A stretch of DNA of 39,752 nucleotides from Clostridia bacterium (GTDB lineage: Bacteria > Bacillota > Clostridia > UMGS1883), in the NCBI GenBank assembly GCA_051866635.1, contig JBJDXJ010000030.1, positions 1 to 39,752 of the forward strand, in the 5' to 3' direction. The notes beneath the pieces are model-generated. The model was not told the DNA's origin, did no database searches, and was given only the letters and a program-made list of their open reading frames with translations. Positions 10,132 to 18,408 of this stretch are shown one piece after another (the stretch's first letter is position 1; the number at the start of each line of letters is the position of its first letter). A program made the translations under genes and the position numbers.

Positions 10132-10872
10132 TTATATAAAACCTCCATCACAGGTGAGTACCTGTCCTGTGATAAAGCTTGACTTTTCGCTTCCAAGGAA
10201 GTATATTGCCTCTGCCGCTTCCCGTGGTGTTCCTATTCTTCCCAAGGATGTTTCACAGGAAAGTGCCGCCATGTCCTCTTCACTTAAATGTCCGTTCATT
10301 TTTGTGTCAATTACCCCGGGGGCAACAGCATTTACTCGGATATTAGAAGGGCCGTATTCTTTAGCAAGGGACTTTGTTAAACTTATCACAGCCGCTTTTG
10401 TAGCACTGTAGTGTGCTTCACAGGATGCACCTGTTATTCCCCACATGGAGGACACATTCACAATTGAGCCCTCTTTTCTGTCAACCATGTCACGAAGGGC
10501 ACATTGACACATATTGAACACCCCTGTTACGTTAATGTCAAAAATTCTGTTCCATTCCCAAAGGGTTATATCAAGGAAAAGCTTTTGCTGGGCAACCCCT
10601 GCATTATTTATAAGCACATCCACATTTCCCAATCTTTCCGAAAAGTCCACAAAAAGCTGTTCTACATCTTCTCTTGATGAAATGTCACATTGAAAAATTT
10701 CACTGTTTACATCTTTTTCTAAAAGCTCAGCTTTAAGTTTCATTGCACTTTCAATGTCCTTATGGTATACAATACCCACATTATATCCGTTTTCTGCAAA
10801 AAGTCTTGCTACGGCACTGCCTATTCCGCCCGATGCACCTGTAATTAGTACGTTTTTTTTCACTTTACTCAC
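10132..10872 (-). CDS. ymfI: SDR-family 3-oxoacyl reductase, YmfI-like (EF-P 5-aminopentanone reductase subgroup)
   Basis: TGASGGIG, NNAG, YxxxK in SSMWGITGASCEAHYSATKAA. The WG..GASCE..YS pattern is typical of YmfI rather than FabG. Confidence 0.65.
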   Translation of the reverse strand: MSKVKKNVLITGASGGIGSAVARLFAENGYNVGIVYHKDIESAMKLKAELLEKDVNSEIFQCDISSREDVEQLFVDFSERLGNVDVLINNAGVAQQKLFLDITLWEWNRIFDINVTGVFNMCQCALRDMVDRKEGSIVNVSSMWGITGASCEAHYSATKAAVISLTKSLAKEYGPSNIRVNAVAPGVIDTKMNGHLSEEDMAALSCETSLGRIGTPREAAEAIYFLGSEKSSFITGQVLTCDGGFI

Positions 10873-12220
10873 TTCCCTTTATATACGCTACAACATCTTT
10901 TAAATTTTTTACACTTATAATTTCAATACCTTGAACACTTTCAATGGAACCTAAGGCATCAAAGGGTATCATGCACCTTTTAAAGCCCATTTTTTTAGAC
11001 TCGTTCAGCCTTCTCTGTGCCATTGATACAGTTCTCACTTCGCCTGTTAATCCTATTTCACCGAAAAAGGTCATATCTTCAGGCAAGGGCTTATTTATAT
11101 AACAGGAGATAATGGCACATACAATACCTAAATCGCATGCATTTTCAGGGATTTTTATGCCTCCCGTTACATTTATATAAATATCATTTTCGCTCATTTT
11201 AAAGCCCAGTGCTTTTTCTATAACAGCACTCATAAGAGTTAATCTGTTATAATCAACACCGTCACTTGTTCTTCTTGGCACAGCAAAGCTTGTTTTTACG
11301 CATAATGCCTGTATTTCCGCAAGAATTGGTCTTGTGCCCTCCACGGCACATACAACGGCACTTCCGGGAACATCAACGGGACGACCTGAAAGAAGCATCA
11401 ACGAAGGGTCTGGTACATCTACAAGTCCCCTGTCACGCATTTCAAAAACGCCTATTTCATCAGTTGAACCAAAGCGGTTTTTTACCGCTCTTACTATGCG
11501 GTAACTTTGGTGTCTTTCGCCTTCAAAATACAGCACACAGTCAACCATGTGCTCAAGAACTCTCGGTCCTGCAATACTTCCCTCTTTTGTGACGTGACCC
11601 ACAATGAAAAATGTAATACCTTTTTCCTTGGCAGTTTTCATAAATCGCAAGGTACACTCACGGACCTGACCTACGCTTCCGGGAGCTGATGAAAGGTCAG
11701 ATGAATAAATAGTTTGTACAGAATCTATAACTACAACTTTTGCTCCGCTTGATTCAATTGCATCAATTACACTGTCAAGGTCAGTTTCATTTGCAACTAA
11801 CATATCGGAATTTGTTATGCCCAATCTCTCTGCACGTATTTTAATTTGCTTTTCGCTTTCTTCGCCGGATATATATACAACCGATTCGCTTTTAGCACAA
11901 TATGATGCCACCTGTAAAAGAAGGGTTGATTTGCCTATGCCCGGCTCACCGCCGCAAAGGACTAAACTTCCCTTTACGATGCCTCCGCCTAAAACCCTGT
12001 CAAGCTCATGGCTTCCAGACATTCGCCTTTCTTCATTTTCCATTGTTATTTCATCAATTTTTTTAAGCTCGGTCTTTTTAACCTTTTCGCTAACAGCACT
12101 TGTCTTTTCGGCTTTTTCTTCGATGAAGCTCATAAAAGTTTCACAGGAGGGGCATTTTCCCAGCCACTTGACAGCTTCGTATCCACATTCTTTACACACA
12201 AAAACAGTTTTTGATTTCAA
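10865..12220 (-). CDS. radA: DNA repair protein RadA/Sms
   Basis: C4 zinc finger (CKECG...WLGKCPSC), GEPGIGKSTL, KNRFG motif, Lon-like C-terminal domain. TTG start. Confidence 0.97.
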   Translation of the reverse strand: MKSKTVFVCKECGYEAVKWLGKCPSCETFMSFIEEKAEKTSAVSEKVKKTELKKIDEITMENEERRMSGSHELDRVLGGGIVKGSLVLCGGEPGIGKSTLLLQVASYCAKSESVVYISGEESEKQIKIRAERLGITNSDMLVANETDLDSVIDAIESSGAKVVVIDSVQTIYSSDLSSAPGSVGQVRECTLRFMKTAKEKGITFFIVGHVTKEGSIAGPRVLEHMVDCVLYFEGERHQSYRIVRAVKNRFGSTDEIGVFEMRDRGLVDVPDPSLMLLSGRPVDVPGSAVVCAVEGTRPILAEIQALCVKTSFAVPRRTSDGVDYNRLTLMSAVIEKALGFKMSENDIYINVTGGIKIPENACDLGIVCAIISCYINKPLPEDMTFFGEIGLTGEVRTVSMAQRRLNESKKMGFKRCMIPFDALGSIESVQGIEIISVKNLKDVVAYIKGSE

Positions 12221-12252
12221 ATTAAATCATTCCTTCACATCTATTGTGTAAA

Positions 12253-12281
12253 ATTATATCAAAATGTTGCAGATATTTCAA
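12253..12281 (-). promoter_or_regulatory. Sigma-A-type promoter of radA
   Basis: Minus strand TTGAAA-17 bp-TATAAT with TG. Confidence 0.6.
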
Positions 12282-12347
12282 TATTTTTCAAATTAATTAT
12301 AGCATATTTAGTTGGTTTGTGTTATAATATTTTAGTGTACAAGCGAG

Positions 12348-12896
12348 GTGAAGTTAGTGGATTACCATTTTGATAATAAAGAAGATATAAAATTAATTAT
12401 TCTTACGGTCATTAAGGATTTTAATATACCTGTTTCAAATTCAATGATTGTTGATACGGTATTGACACACGCTTTTGCGGAGTATTTTGACATACAGCAG
12501 TATTTGTTTGAACTGACCGATGCACAATTGGTCACCTTCTACACAGAGGATGATGTACGTTATTATTCCTTAACACAAAAAGGCAAAGATGCGGTGGAAT
12601 ATTTTTCAAAGAAAATCCCCCGCACGGTCCGTGAAAGGCTCTATAAGACATCACGGAAAAAGGCAAAAGAATTAATGGATAGCTTAAGCATCAAAGCAGA
12701 ATATTATTTAGAGAACGATTTTGAATATACTGTTTCCCTGCGTATTGTTGAACAAGGCTATGATATGTTCAACCTTAAACTTAGTGTAGGCAGTGAAAGC
12801 ATTGCAAAAAAAATATGCGGAAAATTTGAAAAAGACCCCGAATACATCTACTCAAAGGTTTTTTCTCTCTTTGTGGACGAGCATGGTGAAATTTAA
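12348..12896 (+). CDS. DUF4364-like winged-helix protein
   Basis: KLIIL...YFDIQQYLFEL...YSLTQKG...YF...IP pattern and C-terminal LKLSV...A..IC..F typical of this clostridial family. Confidence 0.7.
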   Translation: MKLVDYHFDNKEDIKLIILTVIKDFNIPVSNSMIVDTVLTHAFAEYFDIQQYLFELTDAQLVTFYTEDDVRYYSLTQKGKDAVEYFSKKIPRTVRERLYKTSRKKAKELMDSLSIKAEYYLENDFEYTVSLRIVEQGYDMFNLKLSVGSESIAKKICGKFEKDPEYIYSKVFSLFVDEHGEI

Positions 12897-12918
12897 GTCA
12901 GTTTATGTAAGATAATTC

Positions 12919-12947
12919 TTGACTTGTTTTTGACATAATTATATAAT
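12919..12947 (+). promoter_or_regulatory. Sigma-A-type promoter of galK
   Basis: TTGACT-17 bp-TATAAT. Confidence 0.65.
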
Positions 12948-12991
12948 TATATTAAAGTATTATAAAATTTTTATAAAAAGGAGTTACGCAA

Positions 12992-14179
12992 ATGACTATT
13001 GCAGAATTGAAAAAAGAATTTGTCAAATATTACGGAGGAAGCGAAGATGATGTTCGTATCTTTATGTCACCGGGCAGAGTAAATCTTATCGGTGAACATA
13101 CAGACTACTGCGGCGGCTTTGTTTTCCCTGCTGCCATTACAATGGGTACATATATTGCCGCAAGAAAGACCGATGATAAAATTATCAAAATGCGTGCAAC
13201 AGACCTTCCCGACTATGTTGAAGCAGATGCTACAAGAATTAACGACTACAAGCATCTTTCCTGGGGTAACTATCAGCTTGGTGTTGCCGCAGAACTTGAA
13301 AAACGCGGTTACGAAATCGTAGGTTGTGAGCTCTTGTTTGATGACACAATTCCTCATGGTGGCGGTCTTTCCTCTTCCGCAGCAATTGAAGTTGCAACAG
13401 CTATCACATTTGCAACATTCTCCAATGAACTTAAGGGTATTACAGAGCCTCTTGACATGATTGAAATGGCTCTTTGCGGTCAGGGTGCTGAAAACAACTA
13501 CTGTGGCGTTAACTGTGGTATCATGGATCAGTTTGCTTCCGCTATGGGCAAAAAGGATCATGTTATCTTCCTTGATTGTAAAAAGCTCGAAGATTATAAG
13601 CTTGTCCCCTTAAAGATGGACGGATATAAGATTGTTATTTCCAACACAAATAAAAAGAGAAGTTTAGCTGACAGTAAGTACAACGAAAGACGTGCTGAAA
13701 CAGAAGAAGGCTTTGCAGAACTTAAAGCGGCTCTTCCCAACGCTACATGCCTTGGTGACATTTCTCTTGAGGAATTTGAAGCTAACAAGCACCTTATCAA
13801 GCGTGACATCGTTCGTCAGAGAGTAACTCACGTTATTGAAGAAGACGACAGAGTTCTTAAGTCTATTGAAGCACTTCAGAATGGTGATATTTTGGAATTT
13901 GGTCGTCTTATCAACGCCAGCGGCGACTCTCTCCGTGACCTTTATGAAGTAACAGGCAAGGAGCTTGACACTCTTGTTGCCGAAGCAAGAAAGATTGACG
14001 GCACAATCGGTTCAAGAATGACAGGTGCAGGCTTCGGCGGTTGTACAATGAGCATTGTACGTGAAGATGCTGTTGACACATTTATCGCTGAGGTTGGCAA
14101 GGCTTATAACGAAATTATCGGCTACCCCGCCTCCTTCTATGTAGATGACATCGGCGACGGCGGTCACGAAGTAAAGTAA
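12992..14179 (+). CDS. galK: Galactokinase
   Basis: PGRVNLIGEHTDY, GLSSSAA, CGIMDQFA, YNERR, GSRMTGAGFGGC. Confidence 0.96.
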   Translation: MTIAELKKEFVKYYGGSEDDVRIFMSPGRVNLIGEHTDYCGGFVFPAAITMGTYIAARKTDDKIIKMRATDLPDYVEADATRINDYKHLSWGNYQLGVAAELEKRGYEIVGCELLFDDTIPHGGGLSSSAAIEVATAITFATFSNELKGITEPLDMIEMALCGQGAENNYCGVNCGIMDQFASAMGKKDHVIFLDCKKLEDYKLVPLKMDGYKIVISNTNKKRSLADSKYNERRAETEEGFAELKAALPNATCLGDISLEEFEANKHLIKRDIVRQRVTHVIEEDDRVLKSIEALQNGDILEFGRLINASGDSLRDLYEVTGKELDTLVAEARKIDGTIGSRMTGAGFGGCTMSIVREDAVDTFIAEVGKAYNEIIGYPASFYVDDIGDGGHEVK

Positions 14180-14200
14180 AAAAGTGCAGTTTTAAAGGTG

Positions 14201-14355
14201 CTGTAAAAAAGTCAACTTTGAGATAACAAAAAGACCATTTCGGGACTGTCCCAACAAAACCTTCAGAGGTTTCTTTGGCAAATTGTCTCTCAATTTGCCA
14301 TAAGGTGGATTGTCCCAAATGGTCTTAACTTATTTCATTAGAGACTTTTTTACAG
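14201..14355. mobile_element. MITE-like nested inverted-repeat element (~155 bp)
   Basis: Perfect 13-bp terminal IR CTGTAAAAAAGTC (14201-14213) / GACTTTTTTACAG (14343-14355), with nested internal IRs. No transposase. Confidence 0.55.
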
Positions 14356-14381
14356 TCTCTTTTTTGAAAGGAATTAGCCTG

Positions 14382-14819
14382 ATGAATTTTTTTATAAAAA
14401 ATAATTTGGAAAAATACTATACTGCATCTTCTCCCGAAATTCTGCCCGGCGTTAAAAAGAAATCTTTTTCGCTCCCGTTTAATGGCGGAGAAATCTGGTT
14501 TGAGCATTTAGACGGGATGTATCAGTACACAAATTTGGTTTCAGAAAAACTTAAAAATGACAGCAAAACTTTTCTTTTGCCCTCCAAGCCTTCACAAATC
14601 GGCTTTGTTTTGGATGAAACCTTAGTTACACAAGATTTAGCCGAAGAAATAGTAAACCTTCTTTTAAACCAAGAAAAGCATTTTATGCGTGTATGCTTTA
14701 TAGGAACAGACGGCAAAAGTGAAAAGCTGTTTCGTAAGCTTATTGGCAAAAAAAGCTGTTTTGCCTTTTCTTTTATTAACGATTTTGAAAAAGCAAAAGA
14801 ATGGCTCGTTTTAGAATAA
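14382..14819 (+). CDS. Hypothetical protein, possible SpoIIAA-like (STAS/SEC14-type) fold
   Basis: ATG 14382 follows AAGGA. C-terminal F.NDFEKAKEWL and RVCFIG pattern resemble SpoIIAA-like proteins. Confidence 0.5.
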   Translation: MNFFIKNNLEKYYTASSPEILPGVKKKSFSLPFNGGEIWFEHLDGMYQYTNLVSEKLKNDSKTFLLPSKPSQIGFVLDETLVTQDLAEEIVNLLLNQEKHFMRVCFIGTDGKSEKLFRKLIGKKSCFAFSFINDFEKAKEWLVLE

Positions 14820-14839
14820 CGGAGGTTTTATAATTAATT

Positions 14840-15718
14840 ATGAGCATTTACCTTGAAAGCTTTACTTTTCCCAGTAATGAAGAGGAATTTCATTTATATT
14901 ACCATCAACCCTCTGCACTAAACAATCTTTATCCTGCAGGGGTTCTAACAGAGAAGCTCAGAAAAATTGAGTTTTCGCCCGTGACAATATTTTACGGAGG
15001 CAACGGTTCGGGTAAAAGCACCGCATTAAACCTTATTGCTGAAAATCTTGAAATAACCAGAACCACACCATATAACAAATCAACTTTTTTTGAGAATTAT
15101 GCAAAAAAGCTTTGCCATTCACAAATGTATAATTACACCCTATGTAAAAAAATAATAACAAGTGACGATGTTTTTAAAAGTCTTTTTACAACAAGAGAGC
15201 GTAACGAACAAATAGATAGAAACCGTGAAGATTTGTACGACAAATTCATTGGCCTTAATTTGACTATGTTTTCCGATTTCGTTCAAGACAAAGACCTTTT
15301 GGAATACTACGATGATATAAAAGATATGAACTATGCCAAAAGTCATACAAAAAACCGCTTTGCAATATCACGAGGCGAGAAAAATATAATAGGTAAATCC
15401 AACGGTGAAACGGCTCTTGATTATTTTATGGCTCAAATGCAAGAGGAAGGTCTTTATTTGTTAGACGAGCCTGAAAACAGTCTTTCCGCACCTTTTCAGG
15501 CGGAGCTTGCTAAATTTTTGTACAACTGTGCAAGGTTTTTTAACTGTCAGATAGTGATTGCAACCCATTCACCTTTTATGCTTGCAATAGACGGTGCTAA
15601 GATTTTTAATCTGGACAACTCTCCGGCAGGAGAAATATGGGATTGGACAAAACTTGAGAATATGAAAATATATTATGATTTATTCACTGCGTATAAGGAT
15701 AAGTTTGAACGGAAATGA
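14840..15718 (+). CDS. Stand-alone ABC/SMC-like ATPase (AAA_21/COG3910-type)
   Basis: Walker A GGNGSGKST, signature SNGE, Walker B/D-loop LYLLDEPENSLS, H-loop IATHSP. No permease nearby. Confidence 0.85.
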   Translation: MSIYLESFTFPSNEEEFHLYYHQPSALNNLYPAGVLTEKLRKIEFSPVTIFYGGNGSGKSTALNLIAENLEITRTTPYNKSTFFENYAKKLCHSQMYNYTLCKKIITSDDVFKSLFTTRERNEQIDRNREDLYDKFIGLNLTMFSDFVQDKDLLEYYDDIKDMNYAKSHTKNRFAISRGEKNIIGKSNGETALDYFMAQMQEEGLYLLDEPENSLSAPFQAELAKFLYNCARFFNCQIVIATHSPFMLAIDGAKIFNLDNSPAGEIWDWTKLENMKIYYDLFTAYKDKFERK

Positions 15719-15739
15719 GGAATTTCCTATAATGAAAAA

Positions 15740-15805
15740 AAAGATGAGGATACAACCTAACTGCACAATTATTAATTGTTTCAGCCGGTTTGCGTCCCCA
15801 TCTTT
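15740..15805. terminator. Long imperfect hairpin between convergent genes, likely a bidirectional terminator
   Basis: AAAGATG.GGA..CAACC...ACAATT-att-AATTGT...GGTT.G.GTCC.CATCTTT. Confidence 0.5.
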
Positions 15806-15821
15806 AATTTTTAATATATCA

Positions 15822-17114
15822 CTATTCTATCGTGTCGTTTGCATCTGAAAATTGGCAGTTATCATATAAAACGGAGGAATTATCCATATTTCCGCTATTG
15901 TTTTGGAATATACAATCGGTAAACTTAAGATTTTCTGTTTCATCATTAGTAATTGTATCGAATACATTGTCCATAAAGATGCAATTTTTAATATTTATAA
16001 CAGACGGTTCGCCTGAAAAATCAAATGTATCTATAAACATACCGAAATCGTTGCAGTATATATCATGTACGTTGCAATTAATTAAATCAATTTTAGAATT
16101 ATCAATTCTTATAAATCCGCTTGCGTGGGTGCTGTCAAAAAACTCTGTATTAATTACCGATGCATCGGAATTGCCGGTAAGCCATATTCCTGTATATGTG
16201 CAGTCATAAATTTTGGTATCGTTTACTTCGAGATTTTTTACATTATCAGCGTAAACCCCAAAGGCACCACAGCCGTATAAACTGCAATTGTTTATCGTGA
16301 TATTATCACATGTATCAAATCGGGTAACAGCACCCTCACACTGATACATCTCATTTCCGGTTGTATGCCCTATTGTTAAGCCCGACAATGTAATTTTTCC
16401 GCACTTTTTAAATTTTAAAACATCTGCCATTATATCATTAATTGCAATTTCCGCATTGCCTTCTATTGTCATATTAACAACATTTTTTATAATAAATCCA
16501 TCGTAAAATGTTTCGTCCCAACTTCTCTGCTTTTCCACGAACTCATTATTTGAAGTTTTAACATCAGATAAATTGTAGTAGTTTGATGTTAACACAATTC
16601 TCTTGTTGCTGCCGATAGCATTTATCAGTTCATCCGCAGTTGAAACACTTATTGTAGTTTGTGTATCTGTTGCTTTTGTATAATCAATATAATCTTCGCT
16701 GTAAATATTCACTGTGTTATTTTTATCGTCCCAGATTACATCACATTTAAAAGCTTCCGACACGGCTCTCAATGGAACAAGCGTTCTTCCGTCCACAATC
16801 ATTGCCGGTACATCCAGTTTAACCGACTTAAAAAATATGTCCATATATGGCGATCCGATAGTTATAGATATATTTTTTCCATTTTTGTATGCAGATGCAG
16901 TATTTGTCTCTCCGTTCCACTCAACCTCTGCACCCAATTTTTCAAATATAAACCTCATAGGTACCATGGTTCTTCCGTTAACTAACATGGGCGGCACATC
17001 AAAATTGATTTTTTCGTTATCAATATATACCGTAATGTCAGTATTTGCCGATACAGGTATACTGACAACAATAACAATCAAAGCAATGAGCAAGGGCAAA
17101 ATTTTTGTTTTCAT
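15822..17114 (-). CDS. Secreted protein with copper amine oxidase N-terminal (stalk) domain and right-handed parallel beta-helix
   Basis: Signal peptide. FDVPP..VNGRTMVPMRFIFEKLGAEVEW and GRTLVPLRAVSE repeats. VSTADELINAI followed by I.NC.LYGCG..G-type beta-helix rungs. ATG 17114 follows GGAGG. Confidence 0.8.
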   Translation of the reverse strand: MKTKILPLLIALIVIVVSIPVSANTDITVYIDNEKINFDVPPMLVNGRTMVPMRFIFEKLGAEVEWNGETNTASAYKNGKNISITIGSPYMDIFFKSVKLDVPAMIVDGRTLVPLRAVSEAFKCDVIWDDKNNTVNIYSEDYIDYTKATDTQTTISVSTADELINAIGSNKRIVLTSNYYNLSDVKTSNNEFVEKQRSWDETFYDGFIIKNVVNMTIEGNAEIAINDIMADVLKFKKCGKITLSGLTIGHTTGNEMYQCEGAVTRFDTCDNITINNCSLYGCGAFGVYADNVKNLEVNDTKIYDCTYTGIWLTGNSDASVINTEFFDSTHASGFIRIDNSKIDLINCNVHDIYCNDFGMFIDTFDFSGEPSVINIKNCIFMDNVFDTITNDETENLKFTDCIFQNNSGNMDNSSVLYDNCQFSDANDTIE

Positions 17115-17142
17115 TTTTTCCTCCAAAATTTATTACATGTTC

Positions 17143-18384
17143 TTAGTTCATAATACTTTCAATTTCTTCCATGCTTCTGGGCACATCTTTAGAAAGGTTT
17201 TCCGCACCATTGTCTGTTATAAGGCAATTGTCCTCTAATCTGAAGCCTATGCCCCATTCCTCGCAGTAAATGCCTATGTCAACACAGAACACCATACCCG
17301 GTTCAATATTTCTGCCTGCAACATTAACAACGTCATGTGTGTCAAAGCCCACATGGTGTGCACCGCCGTGCCAGATGAGCTTGCCCGGGTCCTCGTCCTT
17401 TCCTAAAACGCCAACACCACGTAAAAGTTCAGCGTTATATTCACGTGCAATGCGGTCAACATCTGCCATGGGTATACCGGGCTTTAAAATCGAGAACATA
17501 TAATTGCTTGTTTCGTAAGCACATTCGTAAAGTGCTTTTTGCTTATCACTAAACTTGCCGTTACAAGGCCATCCGCGTGAAACGTCTGTTCCGCAAAAAT
17601 CCCAAACTGCACCAACATCGTTTAATATCATATCGCCGTCCTTCGCCTGACCTGTATAGTCATAGTAGTGAATACAGAAATTATTTTTACCTGCGGAAAT
17701 AATAGACGGAAACATTGGGGACAAAACGCCATGCTGCATTAATGCATAATCCCATTCAGCCTTGTACTGATATTCGTACATACCCGGCTTTGAAGATTGC
17801 ATCATACGAATTATACCCTCGCGGTTAATTGACTCCGCCTTACGCATTGCTTCAATTTCGCAAGGCTTTTTAATTGTTCTGATATTTGCAATTGTTTTAT
17901 GTATGTTTTTTAAATTAAGGTAAGGGTATTCCTTCTTAATAATTTCAGCTAAAACAAAGGCTTCTCTTGGCTGTTCGTTGTCAAAAAGCTTGTCAAAATC
18001 AAGGCAAACTGTATCGCACCTTCCACCAGTTGCAAGGTTTTTTAAATATGCTCCAAATTCGGAAACATAACGGCAGTTTTTAACGCCTGCCTGCATTTCA
18101 ACCTCGTGTGCCTTTATTCTTGCACCGTTCCAGCGTTCGGCATGTGCATCGGGAGGAAGAATGAACATAGTTTCCTCAACACCGCTGTCTTTTTTAAGAG
18201 CTGTAAAAATAAGATTCTCCTTTGTAACACCTGTCATATACACAAAGCTACGGTCCGCAAAGAAAGGATATGGCTCATCAGCAGTTTTTCTTGGTGCATG
18301 ACCTGAATATAAAACCACCAAACTGCCTGCAGGAAGTGTGTCATACAAAGCCTGTCTGTTACCCAAATAAAATGTCTTGTCCAT
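17143..18384 (-). CDS. Xaa-Pro aminopeptidase (M24B) family
   Basis: AMP_N domain (YPFFADRSFVYMTG), R.IK...EIE.MRKA, HY, NDVG...TDVSR, HHVGFDTHD, GFRLEDN. Confidence 0.88.
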   Translation of the reverse strand: MDKTFYLGNRQALYDTLPAGSLVVLYSGHAPRKTADEPYPFFADRSFVYMTGVTKENLIFTALKKDSGVEETMFILPPDAHAERWNGARIKAHEVEMQAGVKNCRYVSEFGAYLKNLATGGRCDTVCLDFDKLFDNEQPREAFVLAEIIKKEYPYLNLKNIHKTIANIRTIKKPCEIEAMRKAESINREGIIRMMQSSKPGMYEYQYKAEWDYALMQHGVLSPMFPSIISAGKNNFCIHYYDYTGQAKDGDMILNDVGAVWDFCGTDVSRGWPCNGKFSDKQKALYECAYETSNYMFSILKPGIPMADVDRIAREYNAELLRGVGVLGKDEDPGKLIWHGGAHHVGFDTHDVVNVAGRNIEPGMVFCVDIGIYCEEWGIGFRLEDNCLITDNGAENLSKDVPRSMEEIESIMN

Positions 18385-18408
18385 TTTTATCTACCTCTTT
18401 TATTTATT

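Noticed and set aside
12960-12976. TTATAAA-ATT-TTTATAA palindrome upstream of galK
   Set aside because: Entirely A/T; likely chance.
14310-14381. TTG start for the 169-aa ORF
   Set aside because: Lies inside the inverted-repeat element; ATG 14382 has an RBS.
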